DNA from: Marsupella aquatica
Lineage: Eukaryota > Plantae > Marchantiophyta
Direction of reading: 5' to 3'
Assembly: GCA_973895155.1 (NCBI GenBank)
Contig: OZ316899.1
Span: 1,449,573 to 1,513,572 of the forward strand
DNA length: 64,000 nt
Shown here: piece after piece, positions 60,448 to 64,000 of the stretch
How positions within the stretch are numbered: the stretch's first letter is position 1
Layout of the letters: every line of letters begins with the position of its first letter
Notes under the pieces: generated by a model
Database searches by the model: none
Told to the model about the DNA's origin: nothing
Seen by the model: only the letters and a program-made list of their open reading frames with translations
Position numbers and translations under genes: made by a program

Positions 60448-61642
60448 AACGAATTTAAGATTGAATTGACGTACAGGCAGTGTATGCCAGAAGGAGCTAG
60501 ACGGGAGAGGAATTCACGTTCTACTATAATTGTGAAGATGCGTCATCACTCCAGTTAAAAAGATGAAGAGCTTCCATTTCGAGGTGATGCCGTACTCTAT
60601 CCAAAGCGCCCCGGAAGCTCTCTTAAGAGTATTGGAAAAATTTGTGGTGCCAAACTTAAGAGAAGAAACCGCCCTTCCACCAGAAAAGGCCTCACAGAGA
60701 GGAGCTGTTGCTCGTCAAGTTGCTTTGGAGATAGTCGAAGACACCAAAGACACTTTGAGTGACAAGTGAAGTTATTCTAACGTTGCTCGGGACGTATGAT
60801 TTGTAAAATTGTCCAACCATCCTGGTTCGTGTGACCGATGCCACCTATCCGATCTTTGGGAACATTAAGAATTAGGAATTTGAGGAATCGTTATGTTAAT
60901 TCTTGGGTTCTGAGCCTGAGAGGGAGGAATGGCATACATTGGTTAACTATCACCTGGTGGGAAGATGAAAGTTTGCATTTAGTAATATTAAGGCTGAATG
61001 GTAGGATCACACAGGAGTGATATCTAGTCATTTCCATTCGGGAGTTAGCGGAAAGAATCATGCACCAGGAATTGCGTAGAAGATTAGGAAGGAGTTAGAC
61101 GTCTGATTAGTAGGATGGCCTAGTGTAGCGTACCATGTGGTAAAGAAATTTCAGGGTGAAGGAAGTCGGAGATTATGGGGAACGCCCGGTTCCAGTAATC
61201 GCCACCGTAAAGGAGATAAGGAAGGACGCCGCGAAGAGCGTCCAATGCGATTCGTCCCAGAAGATTCCGCAAGTCAGGACGCTTCGAGTAGCGTCCGATC
61301 CCAGTGGACGCTGTGAGCAGCGTCCGGTGGAATCTGTGACGAACCAACGTGCGCGACGCTTCTGGTGTGCCTTTCCGCGTCTCAACCTGAAGGACGCACC
61401 AGAGAAAACGAGGTTTTAGAATCTCGGCTGGTCACTGAAGGGAAGTATTAGCTACGGGATAGCAAGGGGGAGGAATCATGCAAGGGATGTTGAACGACGC
61501 TACGGGAAGTCACTTTGAGGAAGCAGGTTCATATCTCCCGGAGTGGGGTGATAACGTCGCACCTAAATGGTGACTCCTTGCATAAAGACTCCTGAGGAGC
61601 GGGTCTGGTGTCTCAAAATCACCCGTGCTTGGAGAATGAGGG

Positions 61643-64000
61643 ATGTCTGAGGGAGATCCACCGAATAAAAGAAAACCTACCAAGACCTCCAGTAATTCGG
61701 ATGCTGCAAAATTAGTAGTGACCCCTCGCACATTGTTACCCGAATTCCAGTCACCAGGAGCACCTGCACCGGGTAGTGTGTGGAAACAAGTGGGATCTAT
61801 TCAAGAGGCAAGTGGCTCTTTGGAAAGGCCCACGTCGACCCGACCCCTGTTTGTAAATCTTCGTTCAGGTCCAAAACTTATTGGTTCTCAAAAGACCAAG
61901 CTCCGCCAGCAGACAGTACGTTCGGTGAACCAAATTGACTCTGGTGTGGATAGAACCACTGAGAGGGCCTTATCTCATACCGAAGGAAGAAATTTGGGTT
62001 TGCCCGAGAATACAGTTGCAGAATCGCTGGCCCAAGATAATTCTGTCGATCTTTCACAATTGGATAATCCAGAACCACTGAGTGAAGCCGGTGGTTCGTC
62101 TTCTAGTGAGACAAGCAGCAGTTCAGGCTTGGGCAGCCCAAACCCATTTGCTACCCGATCAGCTCTTCCTTTCGTTACCCTCCTAGCTCCAACCACGATG
62201 GCTCGAAATAATGTGAGGTACGACCGGTTCTTCGGTACTTCCAAGGAGGATGCAGAGGTGTATTTGAAAGAATTTGAAGCTGCAGCTGCATCCAATGGAC
62301 AGAGTCAAGACGCTGAAAAAGCCAATCTGTTTGGTGGTCTAATGAAAAAGGGTGCTCAGAAATGGTATGACCGTTTTCCGGACAAGCAGGATTGGGGGAA
62401 ATTGAAGGCTGCTTTCTTGGCCAAATATAAAGAAGAAGGAGCAGCTGCGCGTGCCTTTGCCCGAATCTCACATCTGCACATGAAGAAACATGGGTCTGTG
62501 AGGAAATATGCCGACAAATTATTGGATTTGGTAGATCAATATAATCCAGCTACCTCGAAATCTACTATCAAGGACTGGTTTATTAACGGTTTACCCTCCA
62601 GGATTGCTCGTTACGTGAGACGAGAAGGTGGCACCACTTTGGAAGAAGTACAAGAGGCAGCCCAGAAGTACGTAGACTCGGAGATTTCAGAGAGAAAACG
62701 AGTTAAGAAGGACCTGAAGAAAGACAAAAGAAAGAAGAAGAAAACGTCCAGGTCTAAATCTGACTCGGAGACGGAATCAAGTGAAAGTAGCACTAGTGAG
62801 GAGGACGAGAGTACAAATTCGAGCACTAGTGATAGTTCAAGCTCAAGTTCCGACTCAGAATCCGTTGCTCCTAAAAAGAAGAAATCCTCTGTAAAAGGGA
62901 ATAATAAAGTTCCCAACCAGAAGAAGATGGATCGCATGATGGAAGAACTCTCTGGCCAATTGTCCAAGTTGAATGTCAATATCGCCGCGGTAAAACCAGT
63001 ACGAAGGTTGCCTGCTCCCATGAGAATGAACGTATGGTGCACCCGATGCAGTCAGCAGGGCCATTACCCGAACGAGTGCCCCACATTACGAACCCCGGTG
63101 AATTATGTAGATGGTCAAGAAGAGGCTGAGGAGTATGAGTACGATCCCACGTATACCGTCCAAACAGCACCCCCTGGACAGTATTTCCCACCACCTCCTG
63201 CTTCCAGACCGACTTGGGGACCACCTAAGCCCACTTTCAATAAACCAACGTCAAGACCACCCATGGGACCCCCGGGAGGATACCCACCACGAGGAATGCC
63301 GCGTCAAAAAGGGGCTTGTTGGAATTGTGGCCAACCTGATCATTATTCACCCCAGTGCCCTTATCCCAAACAGGAGGTGGGGTATACACCTGTCTGTGGG
63401 AACTGTGGAAAAGAAGGACACTTACCGGTGGAATGCCCGAATCCGGCTAAGCCTAGGCTGATGGTTCGATTTGCTCAAGAGCCAGTTAAAGAAGCAAGTC
63501 GACCTGAAGCCAAGATTCGGATGGTTTATTCTGAAGAGATGGAGCAATGCAGCTTCATTCAACATATGGATGTAAATCGGGTGGAATTAAAGCCAGATTC
63601 ACTTTTTCATCAACCAGTATCCGGGGTGGTGCCTGATGTCTTGGTAAGTCATTTAGTGAAACCTGAAGTAGTTGGTATGCCGAATGATCGAGTTCAGAAT
63701 CGGGATAAAGTTCTGACTAATATTTACGCAACTACTCGTTCGAAGAAAAAGGAGACCAAGAAGCACGAGCATCAGAAGGTCGCGAAAGCTCCCAAGGATG
63801 AAGGGCGCAAGCCATGTAAGGAAGGCCTCGACAAAGAAGACGACCCTGCTTATGACCGATATGACCCAAAATACTTCTTGCCCGACATCTCTTTGGAAGT
63901 GAAAGACCATCTGGAAGAGCTAGTTAAGGAGCAAGTGCAATCTCCTAACCCACCAGTAGTAGTCAAAGCTAAAGAGCCACTGAAAAATCCAGGTTATGAT
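61643..64000 (+). CDS. gag: Gag, open for 786 codons to the window edge, three CCHC knuckles
   Basis: Manual translation from the ATG at 61643 finds no stop. Capsid YDRFFGTSKEDAEVYLKEFE...WFINGL; knuckles CTRCSQQGHYPNEC, CWNCGQPDHYSPQC, CGNCGKEGHLPVEC. Confidence 0.92.
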   Translation, partial: MSEGDPPNKRKPTKTSSNSDAAKLVVTPRTLLPEFQSPGAPAPGSVWKQVGSIQEASGSLERPTSTRPLFVNLRSGPKLIGSQKTKLRQQTVRSVNQIDSGVDRTTERALSHTEGRNLGLPENTVAESLAQDNSVDLSQLDNPEPLSEAGGSSSSETSSSSGLGSPNPFATRSALPFVTLLAPTTMARNNVRYDRFFGTSKEDAEVYLKEFEAAAASNGQSQDAEKANLFGGLMKKGAQKWYDRFPDKQDWGKLKAAFLAKYKEEGAAARAFARISHLHMKKHGSVRKYADKLLDLVDQYNPATSKSTIKDWFINGLPSRIARYVRREGGTTLEEVQEAAQKYVDSEISERKRVKKDLKKDKRKKKKTSRSKSDSETESSESSTSEEDESTNSSTSDSSSSSSDSESVAPKKKKSSVKGNNKVPNQKKMDRMMEELSGQLSKLNVNIAAVKPVRRLPAPMRMNVWCTRCSQQGHYPNECPTLRTPVNYVDGQEEAEEYEYDPTYTVQTAPPGQYFPPPPASRPTWGPPKPTFNKPTSRPPMGPPGGYPPRGMPRQKGACWNCGQPDHYSPQCPYPKQEVGYTPVCGNCGKEGHLPVECPNPAKPRLMVRFAQEPVKEASRPEAKIRMVYSEEMEQCSFIQHMDVNRVELKPDSLFHQPVSGVVPDVLVSHLVKPEVVGMPNDRVQNRDKVLTNIYATTRSKKKETKKHEHQKVAKAPKDEGRKPCKEGLDKEDDPAYDRYDPKYFLPDISLEVKDHLEELVKEQVQSPNPPVVVKAKEPLKNPGYD

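Larger units (their letters stand above)
57085..64000 (+). mobile_element. Athila/Tat-like Ty3/Gypsy element (5' part; continues beyond the window)
   Basis: TG terminus at 57085, CA at 60424, Athila-type PBS, long leader, then an open gag. Confidence 0.85.

Noticed and set aside
62611-63042. Leu/Ser-rich antisense ORF resembling a membrane protein
   Set aside because: It is the shadow of the Lys/Glu/Ser-rich Gag linker on the opposite strand.

Overview
Eukaryotic, almost certainly land-plant DNA (TTTAGGG motifs, CACTA, Bianca- and Athila-type elements, an RHF2A-like gene). A non-seed plant such as a bryophyte, lycophyte or fern seems likely, but this is inference. Most of the window is nested transposons around one intact spliced host gene, a RING-H2 E3 ligase (CDS ~32678-35599, at least 7 exons). 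The elements are: a decayed L1-type LINE; two copies of a Ty3/Gypsy family; a non-autonomous CACTA (7336-15879, GTT TSD) carrying a young full-length Copia (8168-14114, GAGAC TSD); a second full-length Copia (24552-31513, TGTTT TSD); a third truncated Copia; a Bianca-like Copia; and an Athila/Tat-like Gypsy whose apparent LTR is 3.3 kb. The standout is the Gypsy family. Its pol carries a complete DNMT3-like C5-cytosine methyltransferase domain between protease and RT (4735-5680, minus strand), and the second copy shows a PHD finger after the integrase (21356-21496). Other leads: an ORF inside the Athila-like LTR; a TGA conserved between gag and pol in three diverged Copia copies; a TSD-flanked 135-bp insert ending in telomeric repeats (possible telomerase-RNA retrocopy); and a ~200-nt fold-back. 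All calls are by eye, with no database searches.
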